The translations under genes and the position numbers were made by a program. 64,000 nucleotides of DNA, taken from the human T2T-CHM13v2.0 reference genome, Homo sapiens. Below, one piece after another: positions 13,020 to 25,409 of the stretch. The notes below the pieces were generated by a model, which was not told the origin of the DNA, did not search any database, and worked only from the letters and a program-made list of their open reading frames with translations. The stretch lies in NCBI RefSeq assembly GCF_009914755.1, contig NC_060926.1, one strand, 5' to 3'. Every line of letters starts with the position of its first letter. The stretch's first letter is position 1.

Positions 13020-14240
13020 TTTTTTTAACTTTTAAGTTCAGTGGCACATGTGTAGGTTTCTTACATAGGTAACTGTGTGTCAAGGGGGAGTTGTTGTACA
13101 TATTATTTTATCACTCAGGTGTTAAACCTAGTACTCATTAGTTATTTTTCCTGATCCTCTCCCTCCTCCCACCCTCCACTCCCAATAGGCCTCAGTGTGT
13201 TGCTCCCCTCCATGTGTTCATGTGCTCTCATCATTTAGCTCCCACTCATAAGTGAGAAAATACAGTATTTGGTTTTCTGTTCCTGCGTTAGTTTACTAAG
13301 GAAAATGGCTTCTAGCTCCATTCATGTCCCTTCAAGGACATAATCTCATTCATTTTTTTATGGTTGCATATTATTCTATGGTGTATATGTACCACATTTT
13401 TTTAATCCACTTTATCATTGATGGACATTAGGTTGACTTCATGTCTTTGCTATTGTGAATAGTGCTGCAATGAACATACAAATGCATGCATCTTTATATT
13501 AGAGTGATTTATATTCCTTTGGGTATATACCCAGTAATGGGATTGCTGTGCTGAATGGTATTTCTGTCTTTAGGTCTTTGAGGAATCACCACACTGTCTC
13601 CCACAGCAGTTGAACTAATTTACACTCCCACCAACAGTGTACAAGCATTCTTTTTTCTCTACAACCTCACCAGCATCTGTTATTTTTTAACTTTTAATAC
13701 CAGCCATCCTGACTGGTATGAGGTGGTATCTCATTGTGGTTTTGATTTGCATTTCTCTAATGACCAGTGATGTTGAGCTTTTTTTTCATATGATTGTTAG
13801 CCGCATATGTGTCTTCTTTTGAGAATTGTCTGTTCAAGTCCTTTGCTTACATTTTAATGGAGTTGCTTGTTATTTGCTTGTTGATCAATTTAGTTTCTTA
13901 TAGATGCTGGATATTAGACCTTTGTCAGATGCCTAGTTTGCGAATATTTTCTCCCATTCTATAGGTTGTCTGTTTACTTTGTTTATAGTTTCTTTTGCTG
14001 TGCAAAAGCTCCTTAGCTTAATTACATCCTATTCATCAATTTTTGCTTTTGTTGCAGTTGCTTTTGGCATCTATATAATGAAATCTTTGCCCTTACCTAT
14101 GTCCTGAATGGTATTGCCTAGGTTGTCTTCCAGGGTTTTTATAGTTTTAGGTTTTACATTTATGTCTTTAATCCATCTTAATTTTTGTATATGGTGTGAG
14201 GAAGGGGTCCAGTTTCAATTTTCTGTGTATGGCTAGCCAG
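13020..14240 (-). mobile_element. L1PA (about PA11-13) 3' 1.2 kb
   Basis: 3'UTR TAGTTATTTTTCCTGATCCTCTCCCTCCTCCCACCCTCC followed by antisense ORF2 C-terminal sequence. Confidence 0.93.
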
Positions 14241-17200
14241 AAAATTTAATAAATGTTCAGAATAATACTTACTGTATTATTTCTCTACTGGCCAGAAGAT
14301 ACTAATGTCAAATGTGGTACAAAGATATACAAAAATGTGAACAGTGTTTGCCATATAGTGGGTACTCAACAAATGGTAGAAATACTGCTTTAGTCCATTT
14401 TAATCTATGATAGTTTAGAAAAGCATGCTTGACTAAATATTTCTGTTATTCTATATAACCTATATGGCTTACCAATTATATGGCTTACCAAATTCCCATG
14501 ACTAGAATACAATAAAAATGCTTAACACTATAATTAAGAGTTTGATTAATTAGTTTCTATATTTTCAAATAAAAATTACATGTTCATTATTTTAAGTTTT
14601 AAGTAAAGTCATCTCATTCTCAATCCTCAGGTATTATGTCTCATAGGATCTATCAAATAATAAAATACCAAGATTATTAGGACTTAATCTCACGTGAAAA
14701 GCACATATTTCTGGTACTAGCATAGAACCTTATGCAAAAGATATTCAAAAATGGTTGGATTAATTAATTAACCATGCATGCACATAGGCACTTCAGTAAA
14801 TTTGCAGGTAGGCAAGATTTGCAGGTGACCAACATATGCTCTGTTTTATTTTATTTAAAATATTTGTTTCTAAATATATATTTGCAGCATAAAATAGCAT
14901 TTATTTATTGCTACCAACACTAATGCCATATCTTACATTGATTTTTTTAGGGCTAAACAAATAATTTCAAGTTCTTTCTAGCCTATGGCTATATCAGAAT
15001 ATGATGCATTTCAAAACATCCACATACCTTTAAAGTATGGCTAAGGAATCTCTCAAGGCACTAAAACAAAAATAAATAAAAAATAAAGAATTATTTTAAA
15101 AGTATTTTGCTCACCTTTCTTTAAAACAATGGGAGGGACTAAGAAACTTGGGGCTTATCGAATCAAGCAAAGCCTCAATCCCATAGTAACTTATTCAGGG
15201 GTGATATTGATCAATAGAGTCAAAGACATAAGAATCTAACTAAATAAACACTATCTTTCTTATTCTCAGTGGGTTCTTCCTGAGTATCCTGTAAGTAAGA
15301 ACACAAATGATTTTCCTTTAGAGATATTCTGTTTATTCCTATTAAACATGCCTCAGGAATTCTCTAACACCAGTAAAGTCCACAGTGCATTCAATGTATT
15401 GGTTGCTTTTCCTAAGAATTGTTGAGGGTATGGCAGTTTCAGGAAACCAATTGGCTAGAAGTCTAAATAATTAGTAACAACTTTTTGATAGAAAAATATT
15501 AAACATATTTATGTACATTTCTTTTAATAAAGATTTAACAGATACTTTTAAAATGTAATTTTTATTTTAAAACTTCAATCATAAGGACTATTCATGATTA
15601 TATGATGTTTGTCTATATTAGAAGTTATTTGACCTCAGCAATTATATACAACATTCGATGATTTCAACTTTGTGTATCATTTGTAAATGCAGTGGTAAGA
15701 TTCTATAGTTTCTTTGAATTTAATCTTTTTTTGGAATCATGTGCCCATTACCTGCTTGTCTTGCTCTTTTGGAGCTTGGTATATTTTTGTTCTTCTTTCG
15801 TCTTTTCTAATTTCCTCACTCTCCTTGTATTCTGTTTCATATTTTCAAATTTTTCCTGCTTAAGTTTTTCTGTGAAGACTATGGAACTCTTTGGTGGCAA
15901 AGAGACACAGGCATTAGAAAAAAGATATGTTTGGGCATCCTCAGGCCCATATTTAACTTGAATCTTCGTCTGGTATCCCAGAGTCAATATAAATATGGAA
16001 GTCAGAAAACACAAAACAGTTCAGAACAGTTTGGCTTCACATAATTAAAAATAAAATAAAACTAATTTTTGATAATTCGGAGTTTTTTTGTGGTATAGGT
16101 GCTACCTTCTGTAGGTCTCTTGACCTGTCGGCCAGCATTAATGTTTGATCTAGCAAAGAAGTCAAAATTAGTCCCCAAAGCCTTCCTCTCAATACATGGT
16201 TAATGTTTCCTTCTTCCACTTCAATTATGCCATCTTCATTATGCTTCCTTCCTCACTATCACAGTTGTTAAAATGAAGAGCCTCTTTCTGAGAGCCACAG
16301 CTCCATTATGCAGGCCTATACCTGTGCTGGCAGCAGGCTCTTCTTCTCACCTCATATTGCCTTTTGCTTGGGGAGGAGATCCCTGCCGTGCATCTCAAAC
16401 TGAAAACTGAAAGAAAATTAAGTTGCTGTTTGGAGTTTGAGTGAATTATGGAAAACGGGCCCTTTTTTTGTCTACCAGGCATGCTGGTATAAGCTATTAC
16501 CCACCTTCTCCCCCAGTCCCTACAGTGGTAGCTGTCAGTGCGGAAATCTCATCTAAACTTCTTACCCGTTTATACCTTGGGCAAGGACACACACATACAA
16601 ACTTGGCATAGCCACCAAATGGTTGATCTGCCTACTCTAGCCATCTTAAGAGCTGACTTGAGGCTCTGAGTTGATTGAATTCTAAAGCCAGACAATGCAA
16701 TAATAACCAGTTTCTAATCCAGAAAAATTAAGAAACAAAATCAATTATTCAATAGCAAAACGTGAGCAGAGACTAAATATGAACCTGCCTTCAAATAATC
16801 CAGAGTCCATTGTAGAAAAAGCACATTATTTGATCATTCACATTGTGTTTGTATATTTTATTCTTTCAATTTCTGATATCTTTATAGATTTGTGAGAGAA
16901 TATCAAAATATACACACACTCAGACACAGTTGAAGCTGTAGGTCTTAAGCAGTAAGGACCTAAGCCAGTTGGGAAGCTGAGATGCCTTTAATTCTGGTGG
17001 CAACCAAAATCAAAGCAAGTAGGGACATGAATGGGTGAATGCTGGTCTTTGGGAAAGTTAGCTTGGTGGTGTAAACTACCAAAAACAATAGATAGTCCCA
17101 GAACAATCTTATGGCTGATGTGTTTGCTTAAAGTAGTATTACAGTGGTACTATTTGCAATGTGAAGTAGGTAGAAAAATGTTATCTATGTATTATGTTTT

Positions 17201-18039
17201 AAAAATCTTCTATTAAGGAAAATCCCTCCAAAGGCATTCCCAAAATTTTTATGCCTGAGGCCAAGGCAATGAGAGCCTCTGTTAAGATAAAAATATTATT
17301 GGGGAGGACAGCACATCAAGCCATTTTTCACCATGAACATCTAATTTGATCTAGTTGCTGGAAGCTCTGCCTCAGAATTGCAAGCTCAGGAGAATTAAAT
17401 TTCAATATCTTTGATGAGGAAATTGGGAATCTGAAAAGTTACACAACTGGTGCATTGCTATAGAGAATTACAATTATTCTTTACTAAATCATTAGGGTAC
17501 TTTCAGGAAATAGGAATCTGAAACATTGAGACTAAGCAGAAAAAATGGGCAAAATCAAAAAAGAAATGTATTCAATTTACTACACCAGGGTTATCCAAAC
17601 TGTTTCATCTCATGGCAACATATACTCAAATAATTAAATATTTAAAATAATGTGCATAATTTAGGATACAATATAATAACTGATTTTACATTTACATTTT
17701 TAATTTTAGATCAATATATTTTTAAGAAGCATTGTAAATATAACTTAAAGACCAATTTTAATTGTATTTATGATGTATTAAAGACATTTTAAATCATTCT
17801 ACAAACTAACATGTTCCATACACAATTAAATTAATTTTAAATTAATCTTATAACTAGATGCATGATTGCTGGAAACTATATTAAAATGATGTATTGGTCT
17901 GGTTTTAGGACTGAATAGTAGAGTAAAATGTAGACTGAAATTTAACTCTGTGTTACATCTTTGTCAAAAACAAAAGCCTTTAATGAGCAGATATTCAGAA
18001 TTCTGACTTGCTTTAAAATTAATGATTTATTTCATTGCT

Positions 18040-18812
18040 TTAAGTATAATAATCATGTTTTTATATGGCTAAATACATATTTGAAGGATTTCACAGATTA
18101 TAAGTGTGTAATTCAATGAGTTAATGATGTACTCAATTGTACAACTCAGAGGGTTAGTGGATGAATGTATCTACCCACTTAGCCATCACTCCAATCAAGA
18201 CAGAGAATTTTTCAACACCCCAGGGTATTCTCTCATGCCTCTTCCCGTCAATTCCCATCTCCTAAGCAACAATAGTTCTGACTTCTCTCACCATAAATTA
18301 GCTTTGCTTAACCTTGAACCTTATATAAATGAAAAAATATAGTATGTTGTCTAATCTATGGCTCTTTTCACTTAACTTATATTTGAAATCCACTCATGTT
18401 ATTGTGCACATAAACATATGTTGTTTTTATTGCTGAGTAGTAGTATTTGATTGCATGAATTTACCCTGATTTGTGTATCTGTTCTCCTCTTGGTGGGCAT
18501 TTTCATTGTTTTCAGTTTGGATCTATTAAAAAGCTGCTATAAACCATTCTTGTAGACATTTATTAGAAGGCGTATGCTTATATTTCTCTTGGTAAATGTA
18601 AGATGACTTGTTGGTTCATAGAGCAGATACACGTTTAATTTTATGAGAAACTGCACACACATTTTCTAACTGGTTGTACCATTTCACTCTCTAATTAATA
18701 ACATATGAAAGCTTCAATCCTTACCAGTCCTTACCAATCTTCACTGTCATCAGTCTTTTATATTGTAACCATTCTAGCCAGTATGAAATGGTATTGCATT
18801 TTTACTTTTATT
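18040..18812 (-). mobile_element. Old L1M (L1MB/ME-like) 3' fragment
   Basis: CAATCAAGACAGAGAATTTTTCAACACCCCAG...TTGCTGAGTAGTA...GTATGAAATGGTAT. Confidence 0.8.
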
Positions 18813-19158
18813 AACATTGTTTTGCTGAAGTATGAAAGATGGCATTACATGTGCTAGAGGAATTTTAATCAAATTAGTGTAAATAGCAAATATGGAATAG
18901 AAAGTTTTAGGCATTTTAAGAGTATCAGAATATATATTCCCTTTATCATTAGAAAAATTTCAACTTAATGTTTCCTTTTTTATTATTAGGAGTTTCCTAT
19001 AGTTCTGAATTAGATAATAAATCACCAAGATTAAAAACAATTTTAACTATATATCCAGGCAAAACCATCATGCCACTAGTGATACTATACCAAGCAATGT
19101 GAAACTGAACATTATTTTCAGCTTGTTCAAACCCTTAAATCAAGAACACATTAATATT

Positions 19159-19426
19159 AGAGCTAGTATTTGATAGCATAACAAGGTGACTTATAGTTAA
19201 AAATAATTAAATTCTACATTTAAAAATAACTAAAAGTGTATAATTGGACTGTTTGTAACACAAAGGATAAATGCTTGAGGGGATTGGGTACCCCATTTTA
19301 CATGATGTGATTATTACACATTGCATGCCTGTATCAAAACATCCCATATTCCTCATAAATATACACACCTGCTATTTAAAAATGAATACAAAAATTAAAA
19401 TAAAATAAAAAATTGAAAAAAATATA
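19159..19426 (+). mobile_element. L1MA (MA1-3-like) 3' end
   Basis: TTGTAACACAAAGGATAAATGCTTGAGGGGAT...GCATGCCTGTATCAAAACATC. 17-bp TSD AAGAACACATTAATATT (19142-19158) / AAGAAGACATTAATATT (19427-19443). Confidence 0.9.
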
Positions 19427-19527
19427 AAGAAGACATTAATATTGATGCTAGTCAGAAGATCTAAAGGCAGTGGTATGAAATATGTAATTATCAGTATACC
19501 TTCTGGTTTCTGTATGCTGTGCTTTTA

Positions 19528-19670
19528 GGCTGAGAGCAGTGGCTCATGCTTATAATTCCAGCTACTCAAGAAGCTGAGGCAGAATGATTGCTTAAGTCTA
19601 GGAGTTTGAGACCAACCTGGGCAACACAGCGAGACCCTGTGTCTAAAAATAAAAATAAAGAATAAAAAAA
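19528..19670 (+). mobile_element. Free left Alu monomer (FLAM_A-like)
   Basis: Single Alu arm of about 120 bp: CCAGCTACTC...GGGCAACACAGCGAGACCCTG plus an A-rich tail. Confidence 0.85.
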
Positions 19671-21726
19671 TTAACTGCTCTGGTTTTAAATAATGTGCCA
19701 TTTTACTATTAATGATGATGCCAACTTTTTAATACTATAATGACTGAAGTATACAACAAGAAAAGAAGAAAGAATAGACAATTACATGGTAATTAATGTT
19801 AATTTTTTTAAAGCAGTAGTCCCTTCAAGTAGTCATTTTTGTCTCAGACCTGGAATTATGTCCTAATTCTAATCCTTTCAGAACACTATCTCTAATGTTA
19901 GACTTTCTGAGTACCTTGGTAAGCTGCCACTGTTTAAGACAAGTCTATCAAAATTATTTCAAAAGTGAAATATTCAGTCAGAAGATAGTACAGGTATCAA
20001 TGTGGCCACATAGTTATAAAGAACCAATTTAACTGTTTTTTTTCTTCTGCCGAAATGAAAGGTTAGAATAATTGTTTGGTTGTTTGTTTGGGTATAGCTA
20101 CATCTTCTAAGAACTTTACCTACTAATTAGGTCTGAGTTGACATCTGACTCTGGAGATTTTAAAGATTATAAGTTATTTCCCCACTGGTACCAGAAGAAT
20201 TAAGTCCAATTTAGGAAGACTTTGACTTTGTATGGAGAAGTTAAGAGATTTCAGTAAAAATTTTAAAACTGTGTAAAAATAATAAAGCAGTAATCACAGG
20301 ACATAAAAGTCTATCTGAATTCTTTAAACCGTTGTGAGTAATTTCCCTTGAATAAACAAGTTATTCTGAAAGGGTTCTAAAGTAATTTAGAGGGAAAGCC
20401 GGGAGAGCATATGAAAACCCACATGGCAAGCAGGATCACTTTTTTAAAAAGTTTGTCAATCTAATGAGCACTTAATTAAAGTCAACAGAGTCTCTAAGTC
20501 TCCAAGTAATTTTCAAAAAGAGCTTTTGGGAAAGGGAAAATTTTTCTCCCTGCTTGTCCTCTTTTTCTCTCATTCTCTATTTGTCTGATAACCATGGAAA
20601 GCCTTTATAATATTATCTTTGGGGTTTTATTCATATTAACTCTTTCTTCTCATTCTGCAGCTCAGTTGGAGACCATCAAATATAACCCCCCCTTTTTTTT
20701 GCTCCTATTAAAACAACAATACAGTGGTTTTACAAAAAAATATGGTTTTATCATATTGTTTGGTTGGCCTCTAAATTTTGAGTCTCTTGATGATGCATAT
20801 ATATTGATATGTGTATGTGCACACATACTTCTGCACATACACATATATATGGAAAAATCTCAGTTTAGCTATTTCAGACACAGTTTTGATCTGCTCACTT
20901 CTCATCAAAAATGGCCAAGAGAAGTAAGAGGAATAAGGAGAGGCAGAGGCATCCAGATGTTAGAGGAACGGAAAGATAATATTAATCATTTAATACCTTG
21001 TTAGGAAAAAAATAAATTATTAGTCAACTATATGACCATTTTAGGAGGCTTGGGGAATATAAAAATGCCTAATCTCTAATAATCTCATAATAAAGAAAGA
21101 ATTGCTGTTTTCTCTTTGAACTATTTGTTCAGTTCCTCTTCTGTGTATCAACCAGGATTATAGTCGTGAGCCTAGAAATGACTCCTCTTCCTTCTGCCCC
21201 TTGGCTCTCTTCCTCTTCCTCAACCTATTGACATTGGCTGGTTTAAAAGGGGAGTTAAGAAGTCTCCTGAGAAAATAATTAAAACATTTTTTAATTTCTG
21301 AGGCTCAGATATATATCTGTATCTCTAATGAAATTGTGGAAACCAAGATGAATGGATGAAAAGATTATGGGATCACTAAGAGAAAATCCATCCTGAAACT
21401 AGGGGAGGGAAGCAATCGGGCCTGAGGAATGGAGAAAAATGAAGTTGCCAGGTAAGCTGTGGCTGTTACTAGAACGGCACAAAATTAGGCACACTAGACA
21501 TTTGTGTAGAAAATGAATACGAGCATAAAGAAAAAGTACGTAGAATATTTGGTGCTATCAATGATTTTCTAAAATTAATTGCAGCTTTTATGTACTTTCA
21601 GCTGATAACTGCGTCTTACAATGATGAAATATTAGGAGGATGGAGGGTATAACTATAATTGTTACTTGTACCTCTCTTTCACTACATAGGCAGTTAGAGG
21701 AGTTAAGAATCATCAGATTGATCCAG

Positions 21727-21795
21727 GACCAGAATTTGGACCTAAGATGTCTGACTTCCAAAGTCCTTACTTTTAATCACTATATGATTTTGCCC
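21727..21795 (-). mobile_element. MIR 5' fragment
   Basis: CCAGAATTTGGACCTAAGATGTCTGACTTCCAAAGTCCTTACTTTTAATCACTA resembles the MIR tRNA-derived head in antisense. Confidence 0.7.
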
Positions 21796-22897
21796 CTCAT
21801 AAAAAAAGCAATAGGCAAACCATTAAATATTATTGGCTGTAATTGTCCTTACTTATTATTATTTCAATTTATTTTATATTTAATTAGAAGAAAATTATAA
21901 AATTATTAATTTTAGAACACTTCAAATATTTTATTTTTTCTTTTGTTTTATTTTTGTTCAGGAACTAATACTACAAGACCACACACAGGACAATTTTCTT
22001 TCAATGCTTATGATAAAAGTCTATATGCTTACAAGGAGAGGTTCATCAGGGCCTTTACAAAAACAAGTAGAAAAGAATTGTTCTTTATTACCAGTGTATG
22101 CACTGACAATCCATAGAGGAAAATGCTCCTCAAAGGTTCTAATGTAATTGTGTTTACACTGTGTTTGTTTTCATACAACCTGTAAAAAGTTAAGCTTTAG
22201 TCCAACCCGCCTAATTATTATTAATTTTGCATTAACACCCACCCAAATTTAGTGAAGTCATACTGTACAAAAATTAATATTCTGAAATTCCTCCTAGTTG
22301 ATCTTGAGAAGAGAGTTAGTGCAAATTAACTTGTTCCTATTTACCACAGATTTAGTGAGTCAAATTCTTCTTTCAAAGACTGACTACATAATAGCACAGA
22401 CTATCTCTTGTAATGAAGAAATATTAGGAAGATTGAGGGTACAACCGTAGTGGTTACTTGCACCTATCCGTCACTACATGGGTACTTAGGGGAGTTAAAA
22501 ATCATCAGATTGAGCCAGCATGTCATCTGTTGGCCTGTACCCATCCTCTCTTAATTACCAATAGAAACAAAAAGGGTGGAGTGTGCCACTTTTTGGTCCC
22601 AAAACAGAATTTCTTACCTAGGGTAAACCCAAAGGGCTTAGAGTAGGGCCCTGTGAATGAATGCCTTATAGATAACTCTACATCAAGAAATAGCAGAAAA
22701 CTAATTTCCACTGCTAAGGAAAATACACCAAGGACAAAGCCAGAATAAAACAGCACAAGGCCACTGTCTGCATGTGGCTATATTCAGTACAACAAAGATA
22801 CTTAGTTAAAATAAAAAAGAACCACTGGGAATCTCCCATCGCTCAGTAGCTCATGGGTCTAAGTCTCCAAGAAATAAGGAAAATTAGACAAAAACTG

Positions 22898-23060
22898 CAA
22901 TCTTCAAACTTTTTTACTTAGGTACCTCATAAAATAAATTTGAAATTTATGTACTCCTCTTTGCATATTCACAAGCTGACACGTGAAAGATTTTGTTATA
23001 GGTTTAAATAAGGCTATTTTTGGATAATAGAAAGTTAAAATATTGCACAATTTTGGAAAA
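22898..23060. mobile_element. Possible old hAT-Charlie fragment
   Basis: CTTCAAACTTTTTTACTTAGGTACC...TTATGTACTCCTCTTTGCATATT resembles a Charlie-type terminus. Confidence 0.35.
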
Positions 23061-24205
23061 TGAAATATGATGAGGTTTGACTATAATTAGAACAAAAATT
23101 TTATATATTGATAAAATAGATTTTAACTATCTTATTAAATAAAGTACACTAAGTCTGAAAGAAATCATGTAAAACTTTTATATCTTTGGCTTTATTCAAT
23201 ATTACCTGGAAAAAAATTGTTTTGGAAAACACTCTGGTTACATTTGGAATAATCAATATCTCTAACTTACATTACTTGGGAAGTTTGAATTTGGGACATT
23301 CCAACACTGACCAATCTTTTTTTTAATGCCAATCTTCATTTTTAGTGGAAATATGTGTAAGACAAGGAAAGGCAGAAAGTCTTGATTAATCTGTAAAGGA
23401 AGGTGACTCACACCCAGTGTTTTGATTTTCCCTTTGACTGGTACTAGAAGATTTTTATATATCTGGAAAATGCACCATCTTAAAATTTGGGATAGATGAG
23501 AGATGATTATTTCCTCTGTAAAATGGGTAAAGGGACTATTTTGAAGAGGGTCATTCTCAGGCAATTTGATTTTCTGGAAGAAACTTTAGATGGAATTTGA
23601 ATAGCTAGAAGTTGATCCCCTAAAACTACCTATGTCTGTGTGCTACTAAAAAATCCCATAACCTAAAAGGTAGTCATACCTCTTCTTGAACTGCTGGGTT
23701 GAGAAAGCACTTCCATCTTAAAGTTATCAACCTTCCCATAAGAGGAATAACCTAAGGCATCTGTTAGTGGCAGTGTGTGAGACAGCAGGGGACAAAGCAA
23801 GTGAAGGGAAGGCAAATACAAGCTTCTTGGTTTGGATACTCCAGAATCCTGGGGAGGGCAGATTACTTACTCGAAGTGTAGAATAAACGAGTATTCTACT
23901 TGGAGTTAAGGGCAGAGGTCTAAAATTCCCTGAATTCAGTTATCAATAAGAGATTAATTCATTGTTCTTTCTAACTGAAGGGGATGTTGAAATCATATGT
24001 CTTGCATTTTCTCTTGAAATCTTTATCCCTGCACTACACATATTTTAGATATCTCTTCCCAGGACCATTGACAAGGGGGTTCTTAGGATTAGTGGCCACT
24101 GTGGTCAGCAGGACCTGTACTGGACAGGGTGTTGCTAAGATCTCAGAGTCAAGGCCTCCTACCACACTCTGGGCCTCTCAGCCAGCCCCTTCACAGCAGT
24201 TTGAA

Positions 24206-24278
24206 TGTGTATACGGGCACTCATGCGCATGCACGCATGTGCACACACATACATGCACTCACGTGTGCATGAATATAT
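24206..24278. repeat. Alternating purine-pyrimidine (CA/TG/GC) low-complexity tract
   Basis: CATGCGCATGCACGCATGTGCACACACATACATGCAC. Confidence 0.85.
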
Positions 24279-24897
24279 GGATGTCATTGGATATCAGCAA
24301 TGGATGTCAGCTGACACCCTCTGGAAGTCTAGACAATTTATTTAGATAGATATACTCCTTCTAGGCTCTGGTAGACTCTGAAGAAGAAATCCAAGTGCCT
24401 TCCCTCACTCACATCCATCAGGGGCTTCTTTACAGGCAACTAAGTGGCCAGTTCAAACACATTACCTTTCATTCAGCTATCGACTTGGATATTTGCCATC
24501 TATCCCCCAGCTTTCTGCTCTCCAGCCACACAACATCATCCTATTCCTTCTCCTAAAACTTTACTTTATGTCTGCCAGACTCCCCATTTAAGAATCAACA
24601 AGCACAGCTCCAACCTCAGTCTCCCTATGCAACAGTCTCCCATGTTCTCTCATATCAGAAATCTGGTACTCCTCCAAGAAAACTCTCTACTTCTCTTGAG
24701 TAAAACCTTCTCATCCTTCTGAATTCCATGTGCATTCATGGAGTGTTCTTTCTCCCAAGGTGACCTTCAGAGCACAAAAAAGGATACAAATGTGTCGTAA
24801 CCAAGGGGATCTGGGCAGAAAATCCATGTTACACACTACAGCTGTTAATCCTTTTGCTTCATGAAGTCTCTTCTCAGTCCCTTCTGCCTTTCCTCAC

Positions 24898-25400
24898 TGA
24901 GGTGGGTTAAAGATGGCAGCACATTTCTTTGTCACTCCTCCCAACCAGAGGATTCCACATCCTCTCTATTTGAATCATGGCAGGTTCAGTGACTGCTTGA
25001 CCAAAAGAATAAAGCAAAAATGATACCATGTCACTATCTGGGCTCAGGCCTTAAGAGCCCATCCACTTTCACCTCCTGCCTCTTGAGATAGGTGTTTCCG
25101 GAGCCAGCCAGCATGCTCTGAGAAAGCACAAAGCAGCTCCTTGAGGGACCCATATGGAGGAAAATTGGGCTGCTTCTTGTCAGCTCCAGCAAAGCTCCCA
25201 GGTAGCAGCCAGCACTGACTTCTCAGCACTACCTTGTAAGTGAGCTATCTTACAAGTGGATTCTTCAGTTCCAATAGATTCTCCAGGTGATGATCTGTGA
25301 AACTGATGAACTCTTTCAAACTCCAGATTTGTGAACATGTTGTTTTAAGCTGCTAACTATTGGGGTAGTATATTACACAGCGATATATAAAACCAGAATA
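24898..25400 (+). mobile_element. MaLR solo LTR (MLT1G/H-like)
   Basis: TTAAAGATGGCAGCACATTTCTTTGTCACTCCTCCCA start. TGTTGTTTTAAGCTGCTAA...TTACACAGCGATATATAAAACCAGAATA end. Confidence 0.85.
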
Positions 25401-25409
25401 TTTGCTTAC

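Noticed and set aside
14461-14492. 16-bp tandem duplication TATATGGCTTACCAA (a similar one lies at 48218-48245)
   Set aside because: Ordinary slippage micro-duplication with two copies and no spacers, so not a CRISPR-like array.
19528-19670. Possible BC200 or 7SL RNA copy
   Set aside because: It lacks the BC200-specific 3' domain and the 7SL S-domain, and fits a FLAM monomer.
20594-21004. 136-aa ORF
   Set aside because: No recognisable domain, low-complexity composition and no convincing splice context; consistent with chance.
21930-22120. Very strong plus-strand acceptor TTTTGTTTTATTTTTGTTCAG|G
   Set aside because: No good donor at exon distance, and T-rich tracts are frequent in this window.
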